From Trichoplax sp. H2 (Eukaryota), in NCBI GenBank assembly GCA_003344405.1, contig NOWV01000106.1:124001-188000 (forward strand): DNA of 64,000 nt. Reading direction: 5' to 3'. The notes beneath the pieces were generated by a model that worked only from the letters and a program-made list of their open reading frames with translations, did no database searches and was not told the origin of the DNA. The position numbers and the translations under genes are program-made. Within the stretch, counting starts at the first letter, position 1, and each line of letters starts with the position of its first letter. Below, one piece after another: positions 23,541 through 37,387 of this stretch.

Positions 23541-26500
23541 ATGCCAAATAAATCTGCAAAAAACAACGAAAATGAGACTCAAGCTGGTAGTCAAGAATCC
23601 GAAACCACTCATGCAAACGATCAGCAAGGAAATAACCAACAGCAAGAGCGTCAAAACCAAGCAGGATTCAGTTGGAAACGTCTAGTATGGCAAATGATCA
23701 TTTTCTATTTTATTTCTAATCTCTTCAAGTCCGGCTCCAAACCCAATGCGAATAATGGTACCACTTCACCAGCTACAACAAATTATAAACCGTCTACAAA
23801 TCTCTTCCCACATGGCCAACTATTAGTAAGTCAATATTGGATACAATAGATCATCGTATGCTAGAATAGACTTGTCACACTTAGATCGAGATTTTCTACT
23901 CTCATGATCAGCATTCATTTTTGAATGAGTTTCTACATAATTACGTACTGTATATCATTTGTACCAATTAGGGTATACGTATACTCAACAATTTTAGCGT
24001 AGGTAGAGGTAATAAAGAGTAAAACTTCAATAAATGACTGAAATCACCATACTAAGTTATATATATATAATATCCAGTATTGAAAGAATGCAGCTCCAGA
24101 CGTGGAGAAAATTTTCAAATATCGAGTAGACTACAAGTGACATTGCAACGCTCCTTTACAGTCTACAACTAGACATGTTTTGAATCGATCAGGAGATACG
24201 CATTCTTTAGCTGTACGTCGTATATGGAATAACAATAAGATTTGGATCAAATTTACTACTACTTTAATCGGTAGAAAAGTTTTCTAAACTCTCCATAATC
24301 ATGTAATTTATTATTATTATTAGTGATAGGATTCTACTGTATGCGCTAAACAGTTTAAAACATGCGTATATGTATGCAAGAATCCGATTGACGGATTACG
24401 TATTCCTTACGAATAGTGAGCATATCCAGTGATAAATAAAAGTTAAAAATTATTTCATGCTCATCTTGCAATACCATAGCAGTACACTCTACACCTTATG
24501 GTACAGTACTGTAGATTAGATCGATCAAGCGTCTGTTAACAGCTATGGTACGCTGGATCGATCTACTGTAAACCTCCCTGATTTTACTTGTGCCGATAGC
24601 ACGTTATGGAACGATCTGTAGATACAAAATAGACTGGGCATTTTATAAAGTTTACTTTAATGGACGGAATAGAATACAGTATCAATGACTATTCTACGCC
24701 CTTGGACATTGACCTTCTTTATAGCTTTCCAACTTACGCACTCTCCTAATAAGTTAATATAATGTTGAGCAAGTTTATCGACTCGGATTTTACCCCAGAA
24801 ATAATTCTATTTTTCATCGATTAACTTTTTCATGTCTTGTAGAGTTTATATGTTTACCTATCGGAGAAAGAAAACTTTACAGAATTTGATAATTCAAGCT
24901 ACTTGGTATGGAAGTATAATAAATTGAGATACGGCAGTTGGGAAGATGGCCCTAATGCAGATGGAACTAGGAGTAAAAGTCATTCATTCAATATCAGTGA
25001 GGTACAAGTCTACGTTTAATGACAGTGTCTAAAAATAGTGCGATACTCGTTTAAAAGTGGACTTTATCGTAGCAGCAATTTCTATAGATATTTAAGCTGA
25101 TAATATATGGTTATTGTTAAATCTACTGGTTTCCAGAACTAATGACTTTGGCTTTCAATCCAACCTACCGTAGCGTTATTTAGGATTGAGCTTTTACATA
25201 TCTACATTAAATAATAAAATGAATCGTTTTTTATTATCTAATCTACATTAAATAATAAATGATTCCTTTTTTATTATCTAATCTAATTTATACAGCAAAT
25301 GCAATTGATTTCAGCTGAAATTTTCTAACTTGATTTACTTCTTTGCCTGGTTATCATCCAGAATGTACAGAATAATGGATCTCTTTATTTGCACGTTTAT
25401 ATCTGCAAACATGGAATATCTCCCGATCCAAACAGTAGACATTATCAATCGCTGGGAGTGATTCACCAAATGAAAAGTATGTAAATTGTACATCATTGTT
25501 AGTGTACTGCAATATTTTAACTCAACACTACATTTAGTCCCATTTATCGATCTTATCACTAACACAATTATTTTAGTGTTAACTAGATATCGCAAAAAAA
25601 GGTTGCATAAAGCATCCAACTTAATAACAGGAAAGACTGAAGTCCACGCCGACTTACTTCCAGTAAATAAGGATTTTTCTAAGTAGTCGACAACGTTTTT
25701 TTATATCATATATACGTTGATAACTACAACATTATCAAATGCAAGCCTATTTGTATTATTGATTTACGAATGCCATTGTAGAAAACAGAAAATGAAAAAC
25801 CTGAAATTATCTCTTATTGGCATCCAAACTTAACTATAAATCTATTAGACGATCATACTTCGTGGGTCGAAGGATCAGTTCCTGCACCTTTAAATCAATG
25901 TACTGTAAAATCGTTATTTGCACTATCTAAATTTTGCAAGTCTGCATTATATTATATTGTTACTTTGATAATTGGTTATTTTTTTACTCCCATAGTCATA
26001 AAATTTGACGGCCAAGGACATTACTTTCCAGTGATATTTTTAAACGATTATTGGAATTTAAATAGTGACTACATGCCCGTCAATTCTTCCGTCGAGTAAT
26101 GAAAATGTTTAGTTCATACTTTTAAATGTTATCGTCGGCTTTGGTAGTAATCACCAATTAATCTTTCAAACTGTTAGGACTTTACATTTAAATCTGATAT
26201 ATGGCCCTCTTTCCTTAATTAAATGGCAATTTTTCGCGTCGCAAACTACTCAAAATCCTTGGACAGCATTAATGGGAGGAGATCAGCAAACTGATGATGA
26301 GAAAGATAGTATGAAGGTATATGGAATACAATCGATTAAATATCGAATTCTATTTAGAAGTTTATCGCTTTTGTACATGCAATCATTCTAGTATTTGATA
26401 CCCTTATTAGAAAATAATCTAATTTTTTAACTTTTTACTACTTAAAACTCAAATCTAAAAAAAGTGAACTCCATATGCAAATTTATTATTTTTCTTATTA

Positions 26501-27964
26501 ATTGTAAATCGGAGCTTTTTGAATCTGGATGTAGTTATAGCTCCTAGAAAATACTATCCAACTAATATTTTTGTATTTTTATACTTTCGTCTTACTAGCA
26601 AATGCTGCTTGAAACTAACCCTTATCTCATCGGATTAACAATTTGCGTTAGTTTATTGCACAGCGTTTTTGAATTTTTGGCCTTTAAAAACGGTAACGAA
26701 GTATAAAAGTGTGTACAGTACAAATCTTAACTGTAAATATGGCAATTGGTGATATAAATATTAATGCATTTTTTATACATACGCTTATGATTTTTAGATA
26801 TTCAATTCTGGAATTCTAGAAAATCTTTGGAGGGTTTATCTGTCAGAAGCGTTTTTTTTGGTGTTGTTCAATCAGTTATTGTTTTACTGTACGTTCTTGA
26901 TAATGACACCAACACTATGATCATCATAAGTTGTTTGGTCGGTTTAGGTATTGATGCTTGGAAAATTACGAAAGTTATGAAAGTTGAGGTGAAGATTGAA
27001 TCTGTACAGAATCAGATTTACCTAAACTGTAGCAATTCATATCAAAATTAGATATTAGAAGCTTGGATTTTGCTTAGTACTCAATTAACTTAAGTTACGG
27101 TTTGTATTGACTGCAGCTCAACTGGTCAAATGGCCCATTTAGATCTATACCTAGAATCTCAATCCAAGACAGAGCAACATATGAAGAATCACCCACGAAG
27201 GAATACGATAGGGTAAACTTCTAGGGTCTCTTTTAAGGTCCGTTGTATTTTAACACTTTTATCTTAAATTCACATACACTATACCATTTGGTTCTTAAAA
27301 ACAATTTTAGATGGCTTTTAAATATTTGTCATGGGCACTTTTCCCGATGTTTGCATGTTATACTGTTTACTCGCTGCTGTATCATGAGCATAAAGGGTGG
27401 TATTCATTTTGCCTTGGCATTTGCTACGGATTTTTATTAATGTTTGGTAGGTCAAATTAAGCTGTCTTGACTTCTTAGGCTAATGTGAAAATTCATCCGT
27501 CCGTAATTTTTAAATACTATTTGTCTCTAAAACTATACTTTTTTATTTTAAAGGTTTTATCATGATGACTCCTCAGTTATTCATAAACTATAAGATGAAA
27601 TCTATAGCTCATTTACCTTGGCGTATGCTCACTTATAAAGCTTTAAATACATTTATTGATGATATTTTCGCTTTCATCATAAAAATGCCTACACTTTATA
27701 GAATTGGATGTCTTAGAGATGGTAATGGGCGAAAATTACATAATTATAGTGATAATATTCAGTTGATCTCATTAAAAGTATAATGTACTTGATTTTGCAG
27801 ATGTGGTATTCTTTATATTTTTATATCAACGGTGGATATATCCCATTGATTTAAAACGCGTTAACGAATTTGGTGTTAGTGGCGAAGACCTTGCTCGCCA
27901 ATCTGGCCAGAACGATGACGAATCATCATCACCCACTGCTATTGAAAACAAGAAAGACAAGTGA
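23541..27964 (+). CDS. CLPTM1: Cleft lip and palate transmembrane protein 1 (putative lipid scramblase), about 13 exons
   Basis: VQNNGSLYLHVY; NLITGKTE; EIISYWHPNLTINLLDDHTSWVEGSVPAPL; FLNDYWNL; LLETNPYL; FEFLAFKNDIQFW; GLSVRSV; MMTPQLFINYKMKSIAHLPWRMLTYKALNTFIDDIFAF; YQRWIYPID..RVNEFG; TGA at 27962-27964. Confidence 0.95.
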
Positions 27965-29769
27965 TAGAATTAATTTTTACGGAATTGCTGTAATAAACTA
28001 ATTTTAACTTACTTTCTTGCTTTGTAATAATAATTGTAAGTTATATATTGTCCAATATTGGAATCAATAAGGTTCATGGCCTTACCAAAATATTGCTATC
28101 ATTTATCCTTTGTTCAGTGAAAGAATGTACTAATACTGTATCCATACATGGAAACCTTTTTAGTCATGCTGTTATCAATGAATATAGAAACAATTTATGA
28201 GAAAATCTTCATATGCAATGTGAAAATTTGCCGTAATACGTGCATCAATATACAGTTATTTCAATCATGGGATAGAATTAATATTATAGTTATTATTATT
28301 AGTTACTGTATACATACATAAAATCAGTTACTTAACTTAATAGAAATTATGTACGTATGCTTTTAAAGATCATTTTTACAAAGGCGATTTTTTGTTGTAA
28401 CTTATAGATTTACTAAGTCTTTTATCATAGTTTACATTTATGAAGTTATGAAACTTTCTTCTCGTTTTGGTTAAGTACTCGCATAAATAAATACGGAAAA
28501 ATTTCAGAACATTTTATAATTTTACGGGTGTTTATTTGGCAATTTAAAATTGTATTTATAACGCTACAATTAACTAAAACTACAAGCTTTATCACTATTT
28601 GGCGCTCGCCAACAGAATTTATATTTACTGGTTTAATAATTTTCATCAAGAACAGTCGACTTCAAAGATTTCACATAAATCCTCCTTCGACGTTAGTATA
28701 ATTGCTGTAATCGCACTGAGTGTATTTGCAATATCACTTATCAGTATGATAATAGAAAGAAGTTTCAGACTTGATATTAACAACTAGCAGTTCAAAAAGG
28801 CATATGAGAAATTATAGATCTATCAAGTTTAGATACACATCATTTTTGCTTTCAGTAAAGAAGTACGAATGATCGTTAACCGCTATAGGAAATTCCACTT
28901 GTTACTAGCATCTTATAATGTTAATGTGCAAGCCTAATGGTAAACTGGACCATACGAAATAATGAATCCAACACAAATTCTTTAATTTATTACGGTTAAT
29001 TTATATTTATAGCAAGTTAAATGTTAATTCTACGTAAAATTTCAAATATTAGCATGAAGAGGCCAAAATAAACCTTTTAAAGTTTAAATGTACAATTATG
29101 AACGGAAATCTTTATCATACAAGTTAAGATTGTTACCATTCTTTTATTTACCAAAATTTTTTTGAAATTGAAAAAGAATTAGGAAGCAGATTTGATATAT
29201 TGAACTGCATATTGAATGAACATAACACAGATAGATATTTAACTTAAGCTTTGGATAGTTACATTCTTCGTTTATCCTAGCTCTCAATGACGTATGTGAT
29301 ACTGCACATACGAGTATATTTAAGTAAGAATGCATGCACAGCTGTACACTTTCACAGATGTTCGCTTAACAGCAAATCGCCAGCAATACCATTTAGCGTT
29401 TACATAATTATTATGAGTTAACTAGGAAAAATCTTCAGCTTATCAACTACAATATAACGATATCCTTATTAGATACAATCAAAACTTTGATTAGAAATTG
29501 AGTACGCTATGGAAATCACTTTACTGTAATCCGAGGAGAGCTAAACATCATTACAGACGATTACAATATACGCGCTTGCTGTATCTTCATAGAATTTCAA
29601 AATGTGCAGTATAGGACAATAGATAAATTACAATTGATAATTAATTGTAGTATTAATATTAAGTAGAGCACTCCGTCGCTAAGGCAATAGTTAATCAATG
29701 CAACCACTTTACAAAAAATCTTAGTACTTGATAAAAAGGGAGTCATATTCACACCTTATAGTGTATTAG

Positions 29770-32700
29770 CTAATTGCGTTTCTTTTTTCCGTACCAATAA
29801 TAGTACCAATCTATCGATATAACCTCCAAACCACGCATATAGCCACAGATGAAATATAAAGATGAGACAATGATTACATGATATCTCAGGATAGTATTGT
29901 AATACGTTAAATACATTGATATAGGGACAATTAGAATCCAAAACAGCGTTGCTAAAATAAATTTGAACTTCCCAGTAGTATCAGGAGTATTATTACCATC
30001 AAATGTTTTATCTACAGTATAAAACTGGCGTAGTCGGTCTTCTTTCTCTGCCCAACGCTTTTTACACCATTCACCTAATTCTTCTTGGTCCTCAGGCAAT
30101 TCGGAATTGTCATAACGTTTTATTTGGTAATGTAATTCTTCTGGAATGTTGCCTTTAAGTAAGGTCATTTCACTTTGAGGCATAGTCTTAGGATACGCAA
30201 CGGTGACATCATAAACAGCATCTAATCTTTTTTCACGAAGTTTACTAACAAGAAAGGCAAAGCCGGTCACTCGTGGATGAAGACAGTACTCATACTGTTG
30301 CAAACCATGTATATTAGCATATTTATAGCCTCTCAAAGCAGATATTTCTTCATAGTTGGTTCCCTCAGGAAAGATTATAATCTTAGCCGGATAATCAATA
30401 TCATTAAAATAATCTAAGGTTCTACTAAACACGATTCGATCCTTTTCCCATTTCCGCTTAAGGAATATAAAATTCAACATTTGCATACCCCATCCTACAA
30501 ATATAACATGGTCAGAATTAAGAAATGCTCTAGAAAATTTAGCTTCGTTAGCTATATAAGTATGGTCAGTAATCTTGATATTCTGAAATTAGTTCCGTAG
30601 ACGTAGCCGAAAGTTGGTAACAGTTCATAACATTGCCTTGTTTAAAAACTCCATAGATGACTTAGATATAACCAGTCTAAATTCTAAAGACATACACGTA
30701 TAGTATTTTGTCGTTATAGTAGTGTATAATACTATGGTATGAATATAGTACTATTAAGTCTGATGTAATTATTTTAAGTAAGGCGGTTTGCAATAACAGA
30801 AAGTTAGTTTATTTCCTGGTGAGATGCATGAGTGTACTATTTTTTGAAATCGTTATACAGTACACTATTAGATGAAGTACGAGTAGTACATCAGTTACAG
30901 GATAGCTAGAATCTCGCATTATACTACCAATTGGAAATGATCAATTTTATATTGATTCGTAAAATGTATCATATCTGTAATAAACTCTATAGCATGATCA
31001 TAGCCTATTTCGATCTTGGTTGTTGCGCTGTCTATAGTGAGGGTGTAAATAACTACGGTCGTTGATTATATTTCATTATTTTATAAGAGATAGAGACGTA
31101 GTACAAGCAACGAGTTATTATAGTATACCGTAGGCTTACAACGGTGTTGTAACTTCTTTTACATATTATGCAGATGATGATATTGCTATTATCATTAGAG
31201 TAGAATGCTACGATTATAGCTTACCAACTCCAGGAACATATTTCAAATCGCCACGTAAGATAATTTTGATATTTTCCACCGCAAAGTAACGATGTGAAAC
31301 GGCCCAAAATAGCAACCAATCTTGTCTAGTCCGATGATTCATAATTATTATACACCTTTCTTTCGGATCTTGCGGTAAATCACCAGTTATAAATACCTTC
31401 GTATCAAAAAATACCTCTACAAGTGTAGTATATCATAGTATATGATATGCAAATTAAACAGTATTAAAGATTAGTATGTCTAAGATATACCTACGTGTAT
31501 AGTACCATTTTATGCAATCAACAATACGCTAGCAGTGTAATAGCGTTATATGCGTATCGCAGCGTTATAGTTAGGTATCGATACTTCTTCAGTAAAGCTA
31601 TTTAGATTTAAGTCATTTACTACAGTATCACTGTTTTATTTCTGAAAATGTATTTCCTTATTTGGATTGATTAAATCAAAGTCTCAAAATGTAAAAGTTC
31701 AAGTACTATCAGTAAAAAGTCATCATGATATCGTTTGCTGTAGAACAGTATAGTAGTACACGAGGTCTATCCTATCGACATTATAAAACTGAGACTACTA
31801 GCATAGTGAGTGACACTACGATATTTCAAGTATTAATATAACTTGTAACCAGAAATGTGAAATTTTATAAGAATGAGTACACAATGTACACTTATCCGTA
31901 GCGCTTACCGTAGATACCCTATAAATTTAAAAATAATACAAAGAATAATATTAATCAATTTGGAAGTACAAGCAATTACTTTAAGGTCTTAAATCATCAG
32001 AATAGAATATGCATTATACGATTTCAATTAAATAAGAAACGAACATATCATGATAACGTCGTGATCATTGTAGTGGGTTTGAATAAAGTGTGGTATATGA
32101 ATTCATTAAGGTTGACAGACAGTATTGATATGCATATACTGCCTATGCCAGCAATCAATATTTCAACATATACGTGTATCAATATCATCGAATTTAACTC
32201 TATCTATAATATTTAAACGCTGTTAGTACACATTCTGCTTATTTTGCTATCCATCGCTAATTAAAAATACCATTTAATCAAATCAATATGTGTTAACTAC
32301 AAATATTGTATGAATGATAAGTTTTTTGGATTTGCATGTCGATAGGAATGATCATTTGCCTATGTAATGAATATAACATATTTAATCGACTTGACTTTGC
32401 GAGAGATTAGACTATAGTAAGACATAAGATGAAAAGAGTTGTAAGCATTTAATTGAATAAATGTAACCGCTATTGAAATATCCTTCTATACATTAAAATT
32501 TGCACACTTAGTGGAAAAGATTTTACAATAAGAACGAAGGTAAAATTAATTGTAATTGATGGTCGTATTTGAATTCTATTATCATGTATAATTATTAGAT
32601 TCTTTTTGAATGTCTGGTTGAATATGAATAAATGTGAATATTTTAATTTTTGCAATCAAACGACTGAAGGACTATCATCGTATGTTATTTCTGTTGATTT

Positions 32701-33668
32701 GGATTACAGTTTTAAATTATGTAGAGCAATCATTTGATTTTTCGATTTTAAATCCTGTACCTACTCGTCTTAATACAAGTATACTATACTGTACGTCTAA
32801 TAAAGCATCGGATGGTGTGGGGGGTATTTCGTAAGGCGAGAGATGAAAGTGTGTAAGTTGTTTACTTACATTATGGTAACCACATTGTCGTAAATTATGT
32901 TGTAAGCTAGACTACTCGTGATGCGGTAAATAGTAAATAGGACAATCCTGTACTAATAACATATTGAATATGATATTCAATGAATATAACATGCACCATG
33001 TAGTGTACTCGTGCATACACGTATGCTTATGACTGTTCTCCAATCGATTTTATCTGTTAGTTGTTAGCAGTGTCTTCAGAATCGGCGTTGAAATATTTTG
33101 AATCAATTAGTATCCTATGAATGCTCGTATTCCACTCTATTTAATGGTCATGTCGATTATAGGAGAGGCTATAGACAGTTACTTTATGGATTAACGGGTA
33201 TTCATTGTTGTTGATATCGAAAGGACTTAAGGGTGGACATTTTGTATTTGGCTTGGAAATCCTCCATTCGCATGATGTCGATGTTACAAGTATAGCATTA
33301 GACCGTTCGGTCATTATTGTAAATTATTGATTTGAATAGCTACTCAAAAATTTCAATATGGTCCATAGTAATCAAATTAGGAACAGGATGGTTTCTATCA
33401 CGGAAAGATATCGTATCTACTGTATACATATATCTCTATACATAGTCGATTGTATGGGTGAGCTAGGACGAGCCCAACTGGTAAACTGATTGTGATTTAC
33501 CGTGATAAATGCGGACCACCACCAATACATAAGGTCATTCCACCAGCGAAACAGTTTAGGAGAACATAACATAAAGATGAAGGCAGGAGACATAAAAATA
33601 ACGGTACCACATAAGGAAGTGAGTAAATAGTAGATAATGATTAGCATGCCAGCAATGACTGAAGCCAT
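29770..33668 (-). CDS. LCLAT1: Lysocardiolipin acyltransferase 1 (AGPAT family); exons 33668-~33501, ~31426/31414-31225, 30494-29770
   Basis: Acyltransferase motifs IIIMNHRTRQDW (NHxxxxD), LKYVPGVGWGMQ...FIFLKRKWEKD, IIFPEGT, LHPRVTGF, DAVYDVTVAY. The exon-2 acceptor is ambiguous. Confidence 0.9.
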
Positions 33669-33734
33669 TTTGATCTAGATATTACCAACTACCACAATGA
33701 AGGACAATGGCTGTTTTTGACGTTATCTAACTAC

Positions 33735-34090
33735 ACTACAGTACAAACAGTATGACTGAGTGTAATACATATACAGTACTGTACTGTACAGTATACAGTG
33801 TACAGTGTTCCCTATATACCAGTACTGTACTGTATACTAACTACTGTACTGTACTGTATAATAATGGAATAATTGAGTGTCAATTTTATCACAATCTGTG
33901 AGCGATTCACGCGATGGAAAGGTCAAACGACGTACTGTAGAGTACAGTACTATACACTGTACATTGTACAGTACAGCACGCTAGAAACTGCACAGTGCAT
34001 ACAGTACAGTACACAGTACTGTACTGTACTGTACAGTATAGTATTGCGCAATGTCCACTGTCCACTGTACGGTACAGTGGACAGTACTGT
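33735..34090. repeat. Degenerate (CAGTA/TACTG)n pentamer tract immediately upstream of LCLAT1
   Basis: Dense ACAGT/ACTGT units in both orientations, e.g. TACAGTACTGTACTGTACAGTA. Confidence 0.9.
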
Positions 34091-34454
34091 AGCTCATGAT
34101 GGCTTCCTGCCAAGACCAGAGTTCATGAACTCTGAAGTCTCAATACAGTACTGTACCAAATGGACTGCTGTGTGGTAACTATCAATGAGTCCATAGATGC
34201 ACCATGGATTAATAACATGAAACATTGAATTGTGAACAACACGGACTGTACAGTAGATCGTCTAGAAATGAAGAAGAACATACACAGGCCCCTCATTGGT
34301 CTGAGTCGAGTCCCAGACTCTTGCATGCTGTACCTCTAGGGAATAAGACTGGCGTGCAGTCTCTCTTTTTGGACAGTACTGTACATCATACCATTCATAG
34401 TATCAGGCTGAGTCATGGCTGAATGGCAGACTTGCAGTCGTTGTTGATTGCTAC

Positions 34455-34635
34455 GTGTACAGTACAGTACAGTACAGTACAGTACAGTCGTAGAGTACTG
34501 AGTAGTACTGTAAATACTGTACTGTACAGTATTGTACAGTAGTGTACAGTACAGTATTGTAACCCTACTGTACAGTACAGTACTGTACACTGTAAATAAA
34601 TACTGTACTACTGTACTGTATACTGTAACTAGTAC
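34455..34635. repeat. (TACAG)n microsatellite with degenerate, orientation-switching flanks
   Basis: GTACAGTACAGTACAGTACAGTACAGTACAGT from ~34457, followed by mixed-orientation units. Confidence 0.92.
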
Positions 34636-37387
34636 CGTCGGCACGGTACCCATAAATGAGTGAATCAACACGCTTGCGCAATCATGGTGTCCCAAGTAAA
34701 GCGCATCCGTTCTAACCAATACAAACTTGTTAACATGAAGTCACTGGTACAGTACGGTACTGTATGAGAAAGCGTCGAGTATGAATGGACACTTTATCCT
34801 CACCCGTAACCACGAACTACCATACCGCAACAATAGTAATCCTGCTGCGCACGCATCGCTGTATGTCTCTTCATCCATTTCTCTCTACCGTACGGTACCA
34901 CCAGACTCAAGCTAATAAGCATCACCCGACTACAGCGTTACACCTCATAACTTACTCTACAGTACAGTAATTAGAACAAAGACAGCTCATTACATCGACG
35001 TGTTTTTTTTTGGAAGGGGAAATGCAAGTTATTCATTTTATTTTATGAAAAAAATAAAATGTTCAAGAACTTATTGGATGGAAAGCTTTGACTTGGAGTC
35101 ACTTAGAAGAACGTCGAAATTATACTAGAACAATTACGCCAAAGATACGTTGAAGACTTTGAATTTTCTTGTAAGTGACTATTTTGTGTCAATCCAGTGA
35201 AGTGATGACTTTTACACTAGCAATTGAAACTTTGAAAGATTCTCCTTTGACCATTTCATCAATCGCTGCTAGCATGCAATACATGACTTTATTCACCTAC
35301 AAAGTTGATGCAAGTCCATGAATTTATAGATGGACATACAACAACCTATGTACCTTCGATAGGAATGATAGCAGTAGGGTGATAGACCATGAAAGGATAT
35401 TTTTCTTTGATTGAAAGTCAGACTTTTTGCGCAAAATCCATGTTGATCAATATCTCTCTCTCTCCTGACTGTATTGTACGGGACTTGGGCTTACACCAAG
35501 TCACTGAAATGAGTGAGTCTGCGGTAAAATCATGAAGAAACATGATTCATACGTCAACATGTGTTGGATACTATTTTATACCCTGACTTTCAAGACTTCC
35601 AATGGAGGTGAAGTAGCCCAGATAGCTACCAAATTGCAAGATGTAGCTCTCTATTGGCTAATATAAGGATGCGATGAATGAGTTATTACTGTACTCCATC
35701 TTTTCTTATTAATGACTCCGATTTGCTAATGCAGTATAGGACAAGGATAATGGAATGATCCGATAATGACAGACCATGACAATAAAAGAAATAAAATAAC
35801 TCACTCGGTTTAAATCATTCATGACTTCATTAGAAACTACAAGTACGGCAATTATAAGTCAAAGACGTAGTATTTTTCAGGCCGATAGAATATTCTTCTA
35901 TTTTCGGCTTACGCACTGCATCCAAGTTCTCTCCCCCCCCATACAGTCATACAGTACGCCGAGTACGGTGTATCACTAATCGGTCTGACTCAGCATTTCA
36001 TCTACTGCTCACTACGGATACAGTCAATTAATATGTGTACAATCACCACATCGCGCTGTAATGGCACTTTTCTACATCAAAGTCAATCCATGCGCGAACT
36101 CATGTCTTTTATCCATCGTTAGTGAAAGTAGATTGGTACATTGAAAGTTAGTAACTTGTAAACTGAATTTGGCCGTAGACTCCTAAATAATCGAAGATTT
36201 AGGCTTAAGAGAGAAGCCGTATTGTACTTTCAACTGTTTCTACGCGTATAGTAATGCAGGGCTATACACTTTCGATATCAGAGGGGTAGACTCCACTGAA
36301 TGTTCAGCCGAAGTTTCAGGACTATGTTTCCTGTTAAAGTTTAAAGTACATACTACCATACAGTAGTTACTTAATGGGTCGGTAGTTAGAAACCCGACAC
36401 AGGTAATTATAGTTCTGTGTTGAATATTTTATCGTCACAAAGTTATTTATGTACATTTCCTTAATGCAATAATTCGGTTTCCTTAACGACGACTGCTGCT
36501 TATTCGATCTTATTTTTATTGAGCGAATTCATTCTAAATCAAGTTGTACAGTAGTAATAGACTTTGTTATTTGGCATACTACCCTAACAGAATACATCGC
36601 TAATTGTGATTCAAATAATGTTAGAATCTTGAGCCTTTAAAGACGTCTTTTATAACGAGTACTGAAAAAATACTGTTGTTTCGGTTCTTAATAGCATAGA
36701 CTACACTAATAGAACAACTAGAATGAAGGGGATATCGTATACGAGTATTGTGCTAGAATTTTAGGCTTAAAGTATACTGTAATATCGTAATTACACAAAT
36801 AGAATAACTAACATGGAGGAGGTATCACATCCTATATAAGTCCTGTGCGTAAATTTTATAGTTTATAAGTATACTTTTAAATAGTTACATATCATACACT
36901 AGGACTTCCTAATTGTTAATTTTTGAGTAAAAGTACATTATTGCTTCAAGAAAAACACTGTACTGTACAGTGTATACAATAAATATCGTCATTACCACAA
37001 ATGCGCTGCTTCTGAATCTATCTTGACATGAAAATTCTTTTTATAATAATCTAGTAAACTAAGTAAGTGATGAGGAGAATTGTTATAAAATTGCACGCCA
37101 CAGTATTAAATATACCTATGTAAAGAGCTATACTAGTAGTATTTTAGTAGTCTAGTAACAGCATACGAGGTTCAGTTCGATGAAGATTCCTTACAAAGCA
37201 TAGCACTGCCATGGCCCATAACGATAGTCATGGACTCTTAGAATAATGCATATGCCTTAGTGCTCAGACTCTGGTGCAGATCAGATCAATCATAACTCAA
37301 TGTGATTTTTTTTCGTCTTCTAATTACCTTTAACTCGATGCAACCCCTCAAATGAAGTTTACTTTCCATTTTCGCTATAGGAAAAAT

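Noticed and set aside
33873-34970. ORFs rich in Y/S/T/V/L/C/Q (33873-34178, 33907-34113, 34336-34719 and similar at 53826-54267, 61579-61800)
   Set aside because: They are translations of the CAGTA/TACTG repeat, which lacks stop codons in several frames; no protein-like features.
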